The notes: generated by a model not told the origin, from the letters alone. DNA of 64,000 nt from Octopus vulgaris (GCA_951406725.2 OX597823.1:46996001-47060000), one strand, 5' to 3'; counted from the first letter of the stretch, positions 13,583 through 27,230 are shown. Numbers and translations are program-made.

Positions 13583-14191
13583 GTCTAATCTATATCATAG
13601 AAATACGATAAATATCAATATTGACGCTATAATAAATAAAAGATTCGTTTTTGTATCTGGTTTGCATAATGACTCTCTCAAGACAACAAAATAAAGGCTT
13701 CTTGTAGTTATTCCAACCAAAATTACGTATAATCGATTAAATCAACACAGGCATATGTCTAATACTTAATACTTAATTTATCAACACTAGAAGGATAAAA
13801 AAAAATTCGACTCGGCAGAATTTGAGCCTTCAGTTTAAGGGTAGATAACTCAATGTCGTTTCTACGACTTTATTTTTCTATAGTATGTGAAATAATTATT
13901 AATACTGAATAAACTCAATTATTCTGCAATTATTTTCTTGATTATACGAGAACTATTCATCCAACTACACCATTCACCTATATTAAATGTAATTAAAGTT
14001 ATGATAGAAAATAAAGATCTATTCAAAAACGATTCTAAATTGTTTAGCTATAAAGCATAAAAATACATTTTAAAGAAGTTAGGAAATACAAAATCTCTCA
14101 TCAAATAATAGAACTTTTGAAAATCATACATAACTGTTTGGGTGTGTGTTTGCGTGTGTGTCTCTGTGTGTGTGCGTGCCTGTGCGTATTT

Positions 14192-14222
<31 letters not shown>

Positions 14223-14596
14223 CGTACATGTCTACATGTACGTATAATTACGAAAAATTATAACTACATTGAATGGGTGATAACCTCCCCAGTTTGAGAC
14301 AAGATTTTTGGAAAGGTCAATGATTTTTATATCATAAATAACATAACCAGTGACCAAGTAAATTGAGTAATAAAAAAAATATTCAATGAAATTTAATAAA
14401 ACTCTGCTTACTCGGTATTTTATACATTTTTTTCTTGTTTCAGTTATTAGACTGGAAATGTACTGGAAGGGTTTTAGTCGAAGAAACCGATCCCAGAACT
14501 TACTTTTACATGTTTCATTTGCTGGGCCGCTAGGTTATAGGGACGCTAACAAACCAACAAAGAAAAAAGACGCCCACACACTCACTCACATTCACT

Positions 14597-14678
<82 letters not shown>

Positions 14679-14729
14679 CACATATATATATATATGCAGG
14701 TGTGGCTGTGTAGTAATACATATATATTA

Positions 14730-15346
14730 TGTCAGGTCACTCTCGAGTGCTACTGGTAACATGTAACCCAGTACAACTAAACCGGCAACCCCACCAAGCT
14801 TGCTTGGTGAGGAGGGTTATTATTGGACACCCTGTGAGATGAAAAACAAAACGCGGCAAAGGGCGGAGGAACTCTTGAAAGTCAACGGCCATCCGATAAA
14901 TGTGTATTTTTTTTTCTCTTAAGGCTTAAGGTTGTATCATGCGCGGGGACATAGAAATAATCGGACTGAATACCCGACCGCACGGTTAAACCATTGGGAA
15001 TGAAGGACTCCTAGCCTTTGTTAGGGCATCCTTCTAAGAGAAGGTAACTCAGGTAACTGGGATAATTCGGACTAAAAGCTGCGGCTCAGTGGTTACCGAT
15101 TATATTGACGTGTTCTTCTTTTCGGATTATGGCTGCTGTTGCTTAGTGAGCGGGATTGACTCAGTGCACAGCCTTTCCTCACTTTAAAAAAACTCTTCTT
15201 GCACAGGCATTGCACGATAACAACATTGTTCATGATTGTTGATAGTGCTGTGAGTCTCAACTGAATGGCTGGCTGTAGCCTTAAAAAGCAAATAAAAGTC
15301 ACAGCACTGTGCAATGGCCATACTCGATAACGAGGGGGCAGCCATT

Positions 15347-15347
<1 letters not shown>
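14730..15347 (+). mobile_element. GC-richer non-coding element resembling an RTE-clade 5'UTR or non-autonomous derivative
   Basis: Motifs GGGCATCCTTCTAAGAGAAGGTAACTC and GCACAGCCTTTCCTCACTTTAAA recall RTE leaders (from memory). Bounded by microsatellites. Confidence 0.35.
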
Positions 15348-15406
<59 letters not shown>

Positions 15407-15427
15407 GTAGGTAGGTAGGTAGGTAGG

Positions 15428-15466
<39 letters not shown>

Positions 15467-16062
15467 GTATGTATGTATGTATGTATGTATGTGTGTATGT
15501 ATGTATACACGTACGTGTGTATAGGTAGAATGATAGACAGGCAAACAAACTCACCATGTTATTCTCTTTTTGACTCAAATAACCAGTAACCTTTGCTTTG
15601 TTTTTACTTGTTTCTTTCGTGTTTTTTTTATTTTGTTTGTTTTATCGTTTTGCTTTCTCATTTCTTTATTTTCCTTCCTTTTTCCTTTCTTGCATAGCGA
15701 TAAATTAAAAACATGAAGAAAGCGATAATTTGCCATTGTGGCAACGAAGCTTGTATGAAATTGTATTTCGTGTCTCTTCCCTTAGGGTCTGCTGCAACCA
15801 TGATTATGTCAATTTTAGTTTTACGCCTCTTTTAGCAATAAAAGTTTCTCTGAAGACTATTGGTATCAGTTCCGGTAAATAATCTAGAAAATTGAAATAT
15901 TGTCTACTTACAATTCCACTACAGATCAGTTCTTAGATTAGCGTTGCAGTAGCAAGAAAACTATCAAACATCTCATCGTGATCGCTTTGGTTATGAGTTC
16001 ATGAACTCTGAGGGTCACTTATAGTTTATTTTGAGGTCAGGAAATTTCTGTGGTGATTATCG

Positions 16063-16668
16063 ATTTCAAATTTTGGCACAGTGCCAGCAAATTCGAAGGA
16101 TGGGGTAAGACGATTCCATCGATCCCAGTGCTCAACTGGTACTTATTTTATCGACCCCTGTAGGATGAAAAGCAAAGTCGACCTCGGTGGAATTTGATCT
16201 CGGAACGTAGACGGACAAAATGCCGCTAAGCATTTTGCGCAGCGCCCTAACGATTCTACCAGCTCACTGCCTTATTTTGTTATAAGATTAGTTTCAAGTT
16301 TTGGCACAAGGCCAGAAATTTCGGGGGAGGGTTTAAATCAACCCCAGTGTTTAGTTGGTAGTTACCTTTCGATCCCGAAAGGATGAAAGGCAAAGTCGAC
16401 CTTGGCGTCATTTGAACTCAGGACGTGAAGATGTTTGAAATACGCTAAGCGTTTTGGAGAGCGTGCTAATGATTCTGCCAGCTCGCACCCTTAAAATGCC
16501 GCTCAAATATTGATTTCAAATTTTGGCACAAGGTACTTATTATATCGACCCTGTGACGAGGAAAGGCGAAGTCGATCTCGGTAGAATTTGAACTCAGAAA
16601 GTAAAGACGGACGAAATGCCGCTAAGCATTTTGGTCGGCGTCTTAACTGTTTTCCCAGCTCGCCACCT
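16063..16668 (-). mobile_element. Three consecutive family A SINEs
   Basis: Copies at ~16063-16273, ~16292-16493 and ~16512-16668, each with its own head. Confidence 0.85.
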
Positions 16669-16898
16669 TTCCCCGTCGTGAATATGAGAATCTGTTACTG
16701 GACTGCAGCCATGCTGGAGCACCGTCTCGAACGATTTTAGTATTTCACATCAGCCCTTGTACTTGTTTTTTTCCAAAGTCTGACATTTATTCTATCGGAT
16801 TCTTTCACCGAACCGCTAAGTTGAGAGGGTGTAACGAAAACAACTCTACGCATCAAACAGTATGGGTAAGGTGAAAGGACAAACACAGACACAAAGGC

Positions 16899-16937
<39 letters not shown>

Positions 16938-16978
16938 CATACACACACATACACACACACACACACACACACATACAT

Positions 16979-17049
<71 letters not shown>

Positions 17050-17064
17050 CATATACATATATAT

Positions 17065-18202
17065 ACTAGCTGAATAGCCCGTCATTGCCAGGCAATTTTT
17101 ACAATAGAATATCGTATATAAATTTTTATTTATTCCATCTCAGCGCATGTCTTCCCCGACAGATATGCTTCTTGATCAGGACAGATTTGTGCAATTTTTC
17201 GCCAAAAGACTTCGTTGAGGATTTTTTTTTTCCCCTTTTCAACTTATATGTCTGTTCAACCGTTTCACATAACTTTATTCATTAAAACTTCTGAAGTTCT
17301 TACAACTTTTGGTTGTCGTAGTGCTTTGCTTTCGTTTGTTTAATAAAAATTCTTCCTCCTAATGATTTTACTTTCATTTCGTGATTGACTGCTGTCATGC
17401 AGAAGGTGCCTACTATCATGCAGCTACCATGAAGAAAATGCCAGCTTCCAAATCCTGTTTTCTGATTAGGGAATATTGATTAAACTTTAAACCTCAATAA
17501 AGATTTTCTGCAATTTTTCAGCAACAAGTATATAACAAAATCAGATTTAATGTGGAAAATTATTGCTATATGTGACAGCAACAGGGAAGATCTAGAGAAA
17601 CAGACAGTAACAGGACGTCACACACACAAACGTACACTCAGGTAATCATGAGTTTAAAACGGTGTATAATACCCATATGTATGTATATACGTATGTATGT
17701 ATGTATGTATGTATGTATGTATGTATGTATGTATGTATGTATGTATGTATGTATGTATGGGTCTCTGTGTGAGTGTTTCTTTGTGATGGACAGCAGAAAA
17801 ACCACCTATCCCCTCTGTCCGTAAAGCTACGTATTCCTCACTCCCACATTTCTGTGTGCTTATGTGTGTGTTTGTGCTGTGTCTGTATATTTTCGAAAGA
17901 AGGCATGCAGCATCACGTGTATATGACAGCTGTATTAACATTAGCATCCCATTGCTACCGCTATTAGCACCTTCACTGATATGAGCCTCTCTCTGTCTGT
18001 TTCCACCTTTCCCTCAGCCCAATACCTTTTGCAACCTTTTCATTTTATCATATGATTCGCCCAACGCCCCTATTGAAATCCAATTTGTTTATTATTGTAC
18101 TGGATATTAGTGTAACATGTATGCAAAGTTTCGTGAATATTGGTTCAGTGGTATAGGCACTAAGATGGTAGCAGACAGACAGCCACATAGTCAGACAGAA
18201 AT

Positions 18203-18240
<38 letters not shown>
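17065..18240 (-). mobile_element. Non-autonomous Helitron-like element
   Basis: Minus-strand 3' end CCTGGCAATGACGGG hairpin plus CTAG (17066-17069). 5' region has (TCTG)n and ACTGAACCAATATTCACGAAACTTTGCAT, typical of small Helitrons. Confidence 0.6.
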
Positions 18241-18279
<39 letters not shown>

Positions 18280-18289
18280 TAGATAGATT

Positions 18290-18386
<97 letters not shown>

Positions 18387-18399
18387 GGAGAATTCAAAA

Positions 18400-19420
18400 A
18401 AACAAAAGACGAAGAAATGTAGTGTAGACAACAAACATAGTTTAACGCTCGGGAAGTGAAAAAGTATTTAACGTTTCGGCCTATTCTCTTCCACAAAAAG
18501 GAATACAGAAATAAACAAGGAGAGAAAATGAAGAAGATGTAGTAGCTAGCGATCTACCATGGTGAATGCTGGCCAGATTGGTCACACAGGAGAGCTAGGA
18601 AGAAGAGGAGATAATAAAGTAGTGGTAATCCCAAAACGAAGGTGCGCGTGCGTAGGTAAAAGAGAGTATGCATGTGCGTGTGTATAAGAGAGTATGCATG
18701 TGCGTGTGTATAAGAGAGTATGTATGTGCTCGTGGAAGAGGGCTGGTGACCCTGCCGTGTGCTTGTCTGTATGTGTAGGTGTATAGATGTGGGGCTGGGA
18801 AGTGGTCAGTGCTAGTGTGTGCGTGGTGGTGTGATGTGATGTAATGTGATGTGTTGTATGGTGGTGTATGGTGTGGTGGTGTGTTGTGAGGTGTGGTGGT
18901 GTGTTGTGAGGTGTGGTGGTGGAGGGATGTGGGGGAGGTGAGAGTGGGGAAATAAAGGGTGGGGTGTGGGTTAGGCTGAGGGTGGGGGTAGAGGTGGTGT
19001 ATGTGGGTTAGGCTGAAGGTGAGGGTAGAGGTGGGGTATGTGGGATTCGGTATAAGGGATGGTGTGTGGTGGAATGGGGAAGGATAGGGAAGGTGGGGTT
19101 GGATTGTGTAGGGTGGGGTTTCGAGGGAGGGGTGACGATGAAGGGAGAGGGTGAAGAGAGAAGGTTGGTAGGAAGGAAGAGAGGAGAGAAGGAGAGTAGG
19201 AGTGAAGAGATGAAGTAAGAATCGGAGCATGAGAAGAGAGGTGGGTGGGAGGAAGTAAGTGAGAGAGGGAGAGAGGAGAGGGGAGGAGGGTTAGATGAAG
19301 AGGGGAGGAGAGTTGAGCCATGTGCCCCAAAAGAGCGAAGACAAGATTAATCCCTGTTCACGGCAAAACGGGAGTCCGGATGGCCCCTCTGCAAGGACAA
19401 TCCGAACACAGACAGACACA
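18400..19420 (-). mobile_element. Penelope-like element 3' end (GIY-YIG C-terminus, low-complexity spacer, degenerate hammerhead)
   Basis: 19312-19415 translates across frameshifts as LSVFGLSLQRGHPDSRF.REQ.LI...S...HGLNS, resembling the PLE terminal RE..IF.L....P.GLN motif. Hammerhead-like motif at ~18467-18500. Confidence 0.65.
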
Positions 19421-20597
19421 GTAGGACTCTATTTCTTCATCAGTTATCGACCAAATATACTAATATTCAGTTTCGTGCTTTTAATGATAAGACTGAGAAC
19501 TTCGTATATCGGTAGCACCCACAAAATTTGCATAGAATAGAAGATGCTAATTGAAATAATTGTGGAAAATGTGTAATTTGTTCGTAAAATAATACATGAA
19601 TGACCCAGCGTTTTCTATTTTCGCGAATAATTTTATTTCATATAAAATGAATACAAATATATATAAAAGAAAGCCTTTTAAAGCTTTTTTTAAAGATTTA
19701 TTGCCAGATTTAAACTGTTATAAATAGGAATTTACCTTGACTATTTTAACTCTGTTTTTGTTTCAAGTATCTTCTTAAAGATATTTTCAAAATATTAGTT
19801 ACCTTTTTTTTTTATTCCTTAGAATTAACAAATCTTCCTCATGAATAAGCGGTTAAGTTTGTTGAAGAAATATATGGCAGACAATAAATTGAAATAAAAA
19901 CTCTTCCAGCAGAATCTGCATGCAGTAACAGGAATCGGAAAATGAATGAAAATGTACAAATTAAACATTCTTGCAAGTAAAAAGTAAGTGCAACGAATCT
20001 TTTTTGCAATATGAACTTAGTTTTGCTTTTGGCTATGAATCAACTGCCCAGTTTCTTTATTTCTAACAAATATTGATGAATAAAAGTCTGAAACCGACTC
20101 AACTGAAAAAGATAATTTGATATTAACATACCTTCTAAACATATGAATCTTTCTAGGGTTCTTTTGTTTGGGGTTGGGTGTATTTTTTTTATACTTTTGT
20201 TTTGTTTTTGTCTTCGTTTTTTTTTTACTGAAATATATGAAAGAACAAAAGCAATTTTTTGATAAATATACAATGGCTCAAGAAATATAGTTAAGAGAAT
20301 CATACAAAGACTCATATTTAATTACAAAACTAAGAAATCATACTCGGTTGACAAAAGATTTGTGTTGTTTGAAGCATGTAGAACCATTTCTCTGTCAAAT
20401 TATACGGAATGTACAAAAAAAAAAAAGAAGAAATATATAGAAATGCATATTAAGAGTTTGTATAACTTATTCATTGATTTCAAAGAAATACAAAGTTTGT
20501 GATTCAGTTGGTCGAATAGAATGACATTTATAAATACGGCTCACTATTTATATTTGGCTGTTTCTATGAAAACAATGTATACGAGGACTTACTATAC

Positions 20598-20812
20598 TGG
20601 TTTCAAATTTTAGCATAAGTCTAGCAGGTTCCGGGTGAGGGGCTAAGTGCATTAAATCGACACCGGTTTCCAATAGATGCTTGCTTTATCGATCCCGAAG
20701 GGGTGAAAAGTAAAGTCGACTCCGGCGGCATTTGAACACAGATGCAAAGATGAACGAAATACTGCTAAACATTTTTCCCAGCGTGCTGACGGTTTTGCTA
20801 GCTCGCCGCCTT
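20598..20812 (-). mobile_element. Family A SINE
   Basis: Reverse-complement match to the family. Confidence 0.8.
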
Positions 20813-21034
20813 AAAACGCCACTCAAATAGTAAGAACGCAGAAATGCCTTCAGAAAAATAATCGACAAATATCAAAGCACAGTTTGATGTTTCATGCTGG
20901 AACAAACATATCCAACCCACTGAAACTGTTCACAAACGTTTTGCTATTTGTAGTTTTGTGATATCTTTTATTTATTATGGTTTTATATTCTGTTCTGCTA
21001 TTACTAATTTTAAAAATCTTTTTGCCTTTTTCCT

Positions 21035-21495
21035 GTCTCAGTCATTAGACTGCAGCCATATTGGGGCGGTGCCTTGAAGAAATTTTATTGGAATGAATCG
21101 ATCCCAGGATTTATATTTTTTTAAGCCTGGTACTAATTTTATTGGTTTCATTTGCCAAACCGTTGCAGAGGCGTAAACACACAAACACCGGTAATGGAGA
21201 ATAAAGAACCATCATACACACAAACACACACACACACACACACACATACACACACATACACACACACCGACACATACCCACGCACACATACACTTACATA
21301 CACACACATATACACACACATATACACACACATATATGTATACGACGAGCTTCTTTTAGTTTCCGTCCACCAAATCAACTCACGAGGCTTTGGTCGGACC
21401 GAGGATATAGCAGAATGCACTTGCCCAAGGTGCCACGTAGTGGGACAGAACATGGGTCCATGTGACAGGCAAATAAAGTTCTTACCACACAGCCA
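21035..21495 (-). mobile_element. Family B SINE
   Basis: Reverse-complement match with internal (CA)n. Confidence 0.8.
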
Positions 21496-21629
21496 CGTCA
21501 GCGTCGATGATTATTTACAGTGATTTTACATCTAGAAGTTCGTTGAATAAATGTGTAACTTGTGTGTATAGTCCTTCATGTTGACTGTAATTAAGTTATC
21601 TACTGAGATTCGTTAAGAACTAGCATACG

Positions 21630-21900
21630 AGTGTCCCAGTTGATCAACGGAACAGCCAGCACGTAAAATTAACATGCAAGTTACTCGGAATTCCACAGAC
21701 ACGCATACCCTTAATGCAAGTTCTCAGGAAGATTCAGCGTGACATAGAATGTGACAAGGCTGGCCCTTTGAAATACAGGTAATACAGGTACATTTTTGCC
21801 AGCTGAGTGAACTGAAACAAACGTGAAATAAAGTGTCTTGCTCAAGGACACAATACGCCGCTCTGCATCGAAATCACGACCTTACGATTGTAAGCCGATT
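21630..21900 (-). mobile_element. Family C-related SINE
   Basis: Shares TTGTGTCCTTGAGCAAGACACTTTATTTCACGTT..CAGCTGGCAAAAATG with 10701. Confidence 0.65.
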
Positions 21901-22739
21901 CGTACATACTTCACGAATATAAAAGGTACTTTGATGTAAGCAAAATCTAGTCTGCAATCTAAGAATGATTTCCGTCTTTCTTGAACCAGTTTCGATGTTC
22001 ATTAAAGAAGGCTGTATAAATTGTACGATCTCCACAGGGAAAGTTTAATTAGTCAACTGTTTCCGCAGAAATTTAACTAAGTCAAATACTTAAGTGCCCC
22101 GTTCAAGTTTATGAATTGGCAGTCGTTATAGCATATGATACACTACAACAACGTCTTTTTTACGTAACTCTCATCTCTGACTTCAAATGCTAACGAAGTA
22201 TGCTTTACCTTTTATATTGTTGTAGGGCAAATAAAAGAATGTGTATTGGTGGATGTATTGACTCGGATTCCGTACGCTGTTTGTCCCGACTCTTTATATA
22301 ATGTCATAATCTGAATGAATGATACACATGGTCTGAGAACACGCGGCTCTCTGGATGCTTTTAGCGGTGTCCACTCCGTTGCAAAAGCAATTGAACCAGG
22401 TCACCACTATGAGAATACCTTCTCCCATCCTTACTTTCCCTTGGTCTTGTAGTTCCAGTAAAGAGTCGTAGATGCAGCTTGTCTCCTTGATTAGAAGATA
22501 AAAAGGGAAAATTCTGTTTAATGTACTTGAACACCCATCATTCACATATATATTTTATTATCTATATGAAGGCTATGTCCATTTCTCTAGAAGCTTGTAT
22601 CTACATTTGTCAAACCAGTAGTTGTTGAATTCTAGATTTGCCGTATTATAACATTCTAATAACTAAATTCACAGTTATCCGTATTTTGACATTCTAATAA
22701 CTAAAGATATTGATGGTTTGCAGACATTACGTGAACAAA

Positions 22740-23300
22740 TTCCTGTCATTTTCCAGGAATTTTTGTCCATACCAATATTCTTCAGAGTTTCCTTCAATTG
22801 GTCTTTGTAGCATCACAGAGGGCCTCCCAGTGTTCATTTTTCCAAATAGGAACATCTTTGGGAGCCTGTTTTCCCCCATGTGAGCCACGTATCCTGCTCA
22901 TCTGAGGCGGTGTTTGATGATAGTAGCTACCATGATAATTTGTCCCGATCTCTTTAGTACGTCACTGTTGGTAACATAGTCTTCCCTTTCGATGCTCAAG
23001 GTAGACCTGAGTTTATTTTGAGTTAGTCGTTCAAGTTTTTACAAGTCAGGGTGTACAAGGTGCACGTCTCACACCCATGCAGCAGGGTAGACACAACTAT
23101 GGCATTACACACAATCATTTTGGTTTGCATGGTAAGACTACTGCTCCCAAAGACCCCGACTGGAGAGCTTCCAAAAAGGGTGAGTGTGCTGCTTGGATCC
23201 TGTTTTCTATATACTTTGATGATGTACGTTGGGCAGACAAGAGTCTACCAAGATAAGGGCAACGTTGAACGCATTCATTGGAGGTTCTACTAATGGTAGA
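22740..23300 (-). pseudogene. RTE-clade LINE C-terminal fragment
   Basis: TKMIVCNAIVVSTLLHGCETCTLY..YVTNSDVLKRS..RLR*AGYVAHMGENRLPKMFLFG matches the RTE post-RT motifs LLYGCETW and RLRWAGHV.RM...RLPK. Confidence 0.8.
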
Positions 23301-23690
23301 TCACAACCAGTTGGTGTTTGTACGATGATTGTGTATGTCGTGCCTTCGTATGTGTATATGCGCGTATGTGTGTGTGTGCGTGTGTGTGTGTAATTTGTTC
23401 ATGTCACGTGCGCACACCAGCAAAACCTAATGTCTTCAGTTATTGGAATATTATAATACGGTAAAATGTTGTCACCTAGAATTCAACAAGTGCAGAAACT
23501 ACTAACATGTCAAATTTGGATACTGGCATAGAAATCAAGTGCCGTTTTGATGGAGGACATTTTAATCTATCATGACTGCACTCCTAGTGTTACACCAGCA
23601 CCAACGAAGTGAATGAAATACAGTATACAGATAACAATACTGCTCCTTCCCTACTTACCTGAGGCCTTATAAACAATCTGTCAACACTTT

Positions 23691-23742
<52 letters not shown>

Positions 23743-23759
23743 CATATACATATATAGAT

Positions 23760-23820
<61 letters not shown>

Positions 23821-23851
23821 CATACATACACAAACACACACATATATATAT

Positions 23852-24520
23852 ACTTGCTGAATTACCCGGCGTTGCCCTGGTTGCTGCTGTTCTTGTTGAG
23901 ATTAGTAAACAATTAAATATGAAAATATTTTTCTCATAATTATTTCAATATATCTATATTTCATTTTAAAATATCTAAATTGTAATGATAATAGAATTTA
24001 GGATTGAAAATCTATCAATCTTGAAGCACCTCAGGGTAAACAATATTCAGGGTGTAACTTTTTGTTGGTGTCCAACTTGTGATCAACCTGCATAGAGTTG
24101 GCCGTGGGAGAAGTATGTAGTAGAGAGATGAAATCGAACTACTTTGAGGGATTCATCCTTAGATTTACTAATTTTAAATACTAAAGCTTAATCTGACTGG
24201 AGACTGAAGTGTCTTAAATTGTAATCGAACATCTGTAGGTATGAGAGGTAATTTTGGAATAAAAATATTTTTTTGTTTGTGACTAGATGTTATGAATGTT
24301 GCCTGCATGACATGGGGCTTCGTGGAATTGATAATTAAGCAAGTTCCATTACATATGCGAGGTGGGTCAAGATACCTAAGCAACATAATGGGAGCATCCA
24401 GCTTTTGTGTCAAGCTATGCGGTGACATCCCAGTGAGTTTTAGTGTGCTCAGAAATTCAACAGGGTATTGAATAGCCAGATCTTCATCGACTGTCGCATG
24501 AATGGAAAAGTCATTTCTGA
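23852..24520 (-). mobile_element. Helitron 3' portion with Pif1-like helicase C-terminal remnant
   Basis: YPVEFLSTL..GMSPH.L..KLDAPIMLLRYLDPPRICNGT..PVRLSFS..FSHGQLYA..NIVYPEVL. 3' hairpin GGGCAACGCCGGG plus decayed CTAG (CAAG) at ~23853. Confidence 0.85.
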
Positions 24521-24904
24521 TATATAAGTTTGAGCCAGTATAGTCAGTTTACATCGGTGTAATTGACAATCACGCATACACTCACACACACATACACTCT
24601 CATATACACTAACTCACACATACATTCTCACACACATTCTCACATATACTCACATACATATAGTAAGACAGACACACACAGACATACATTTACGTAAAGA
24701 ACTTGTAAACACTCACAGACACATGAACACGCATATACAAAATATGTAGTGGTCGTGGTGGTGGTATAAAATGTCCTTTACTATGTCGTACGTAACGAGC
24801 ACGCAAATTTGTACACACTCACATATACATATACACTCATATACAAAATGTGTCGTCGTCATTGTGGTAAAAATGTTCTTTACTATGTCGTACGTAACGA
24901 ACGC

Positions 24905-25466
24905 GCAAACACCAAAAAACCTTTCACAAATCATCTCTTCGCATAACAATAAGTTGTTAAATACAAATCCACTTAATGAAAATAATAACATTGATATTAT
25001 TAACACTAACCATTCTTTGAACAATAATAACAACAATATTAGTACTTCTGATATAAATACGAATCGCATTCGCTTCCTTAGTAGTAATTCTAAGACTAGA
25101 AACTCTGTTTATCAATGTAAGATTATTTCAGTTTCTGATGTCTTTTTTTACATAGGTAGTTCTTCATCTCAGTTGTCCAAAAGAATACCTGACCATTATT
25201 CTACATTTAGACTTATCAATAAACACAACAATACTGGGCCTAATAAATTAATTTGGTCTCTTACGGAACATAATAAGCAACTTTATTTAAAATGGAATAT
25301 TCTGTCTAGATCCTTTCCATATGATAAAGGTAAATCCTCTTCGCCGCTCTGTAACGAAGAACAGTATCTCATTCTGTTCTTGGACAATTCTCTTGTAAAC
25401 ACGTGTGAAGAACGCGTTTATCGTTGCAAGCATTGGCAAAAACATACCTTTAGTGCCTATAAGTAA
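24905..25466 (+). pseudogene. Penelope-like element GIY-YIG endonuclease remnant
   Basis: NLSQIISSHN..NSVYQC..YIGS..KRIPDHYSTFR..LIWSL..LKWNIL..LCNEE..LVN..CKH. Confidence 0.85.
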
Positions 25467-25761
25467 TTTCTACAAATCTATAAAATTCGACTCTTATCTG
25501 TCTTCTGACATTTCATTTCCACAACATATATCTATTTACACGCCTTTAAGCTTTATTTCCACTCATCTATCGCACTATATTTCGCCACTCTTAATCTTCT
25601 GTTAATTTCTTTCGTTTTTTTTCCTTCTCTTTCTCTAAATTGCTTTTGACGTTAAATATATTAACGGTTTTTTAAAAAATAACTTGCCAGCGTTCCCTTC
25701 ATCATATACGCAGCAATCACATTCGGTTAAAATGACTTAATGATGAGTTTTGTTTCTCTTT

Positions 25762-25849
25762 TTTCCCTGATGAGATAATTAGATTGTTTTACATGATTTT
25801 ATTCCCGCACGAATAATATCAATGTTTTCTTCGAAACATATGTCGGAAG
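25762..25849 (+). ncRNA. Type I hammerhead ribozyme motif in a Penelope-like 3' region
   Basis: Stem I TTTCC/GGAAG; CTGATGA 25767-73; long stem II; GAAAC-ATAT-GTC 25833-44. Confidence 0.7.
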
Positions 25850-25911
25850 TATAAATATTTGAATAACACCTGCGTTTAACACCATTTCTTAATTTCATAT
25901 ATATATATTCA

Positions 25912-26795
25912 TGTGGTCTGATAAATAAGTATTTGGACTGTTGATATAGCAACGAAGCTAAAGCACGGAGAGTAAAGCCCTTTGGCACAGATTCACCTTG
26001 AACTCTGCTGTACATGCGCAATAAGTTGTAACGTTACAGCTCATTCCCGCTGTCTACAGCAGTGCGTGGGACCAACGTGTGTAGCGTGTGTTTGTGGCAT
26101 TTGACCATGACAGAAAAAGATGAGTCGAGAATCTGCACCAAATTTTTCAAAAAGCTTGGCGATAACTGCTTAGAGGCCTACGCAAATTTTCAAAAAAGTT
26201 TTCTTCGTTCTCAACACAATCAAGGAGATCATGTACAACTGAAACCCCTGTGTCCTTTTTGTCAGCTGAAAGCAGTTTTTGCACAAACTTGACAGATACA
26301 CGTCTCATACCCAAATCTTCAATGATGATGGACTGAACTGAACCGTAACTAATCTGCACATCCTCTGATAACTCACGTATGATGATTCGACGATTTCCCC
26401 TCACATTTGCATGTGCATTTGCGATGTTTTTCGCAGTTCTGCTGGTTGCATGTCTCCCAGAACGTTCGTCAATATCGACATTTTTTCGGCCATCTTGGAA
26501 ACGTCTGAACCACTCGTACACTTGTGTGCAGCTCATACACTCCTCTCAATACACTCTCTGTAACATTGCGTAGGTCTCTGAGCAGGTAGCTTTCTCTGTC
26601 ATGGTTCATGCGACGATCACACGTTAATCACGTTACTTCCAAGCACTGTTATAAACAGCGGAAGTGAGCCGGAACGTTAAAACTTGGTGCATATGCACAA
26701 CAGAGGTCAAGGTCAATCCGTGCCAAGCGGCTTCACACTGCACGCTTTAGCTTCGTTACTATGACAACAGTCCGGATACTTATTGATATACATAC
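25912..26795 (-). mobile_element. Non-autonomous mariner derivative with long inverted arms
   Basis: HTH remnant MSCTQVYEWFRRFQDGR..DERSGR..LGMRRVSVKFV; ~200-bp inverted ends. Confidence 0.88.
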
Positions 26796-26797
26796 CA

Positions 26798-27230
<433 letters not shown>

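Noticed and set aside
15912-16010. Minus-strand GTAAGT donor suggesting an exon
   Set aside because: All frames from the nearest good acceptor contain stops.
18595-19330. Pro/His/Thr-rich extensin-like ORFs
   Set aside because: Low-complexity strand-biased DNA within a Penelope-like 3' region.
22436-22486. Possible 51-bp minus-strand exon (polypyrimidine AG ... GTAAGG)
   Set aside because: All three frames are open with no recognisable homology; cannot be distinguished from chance.
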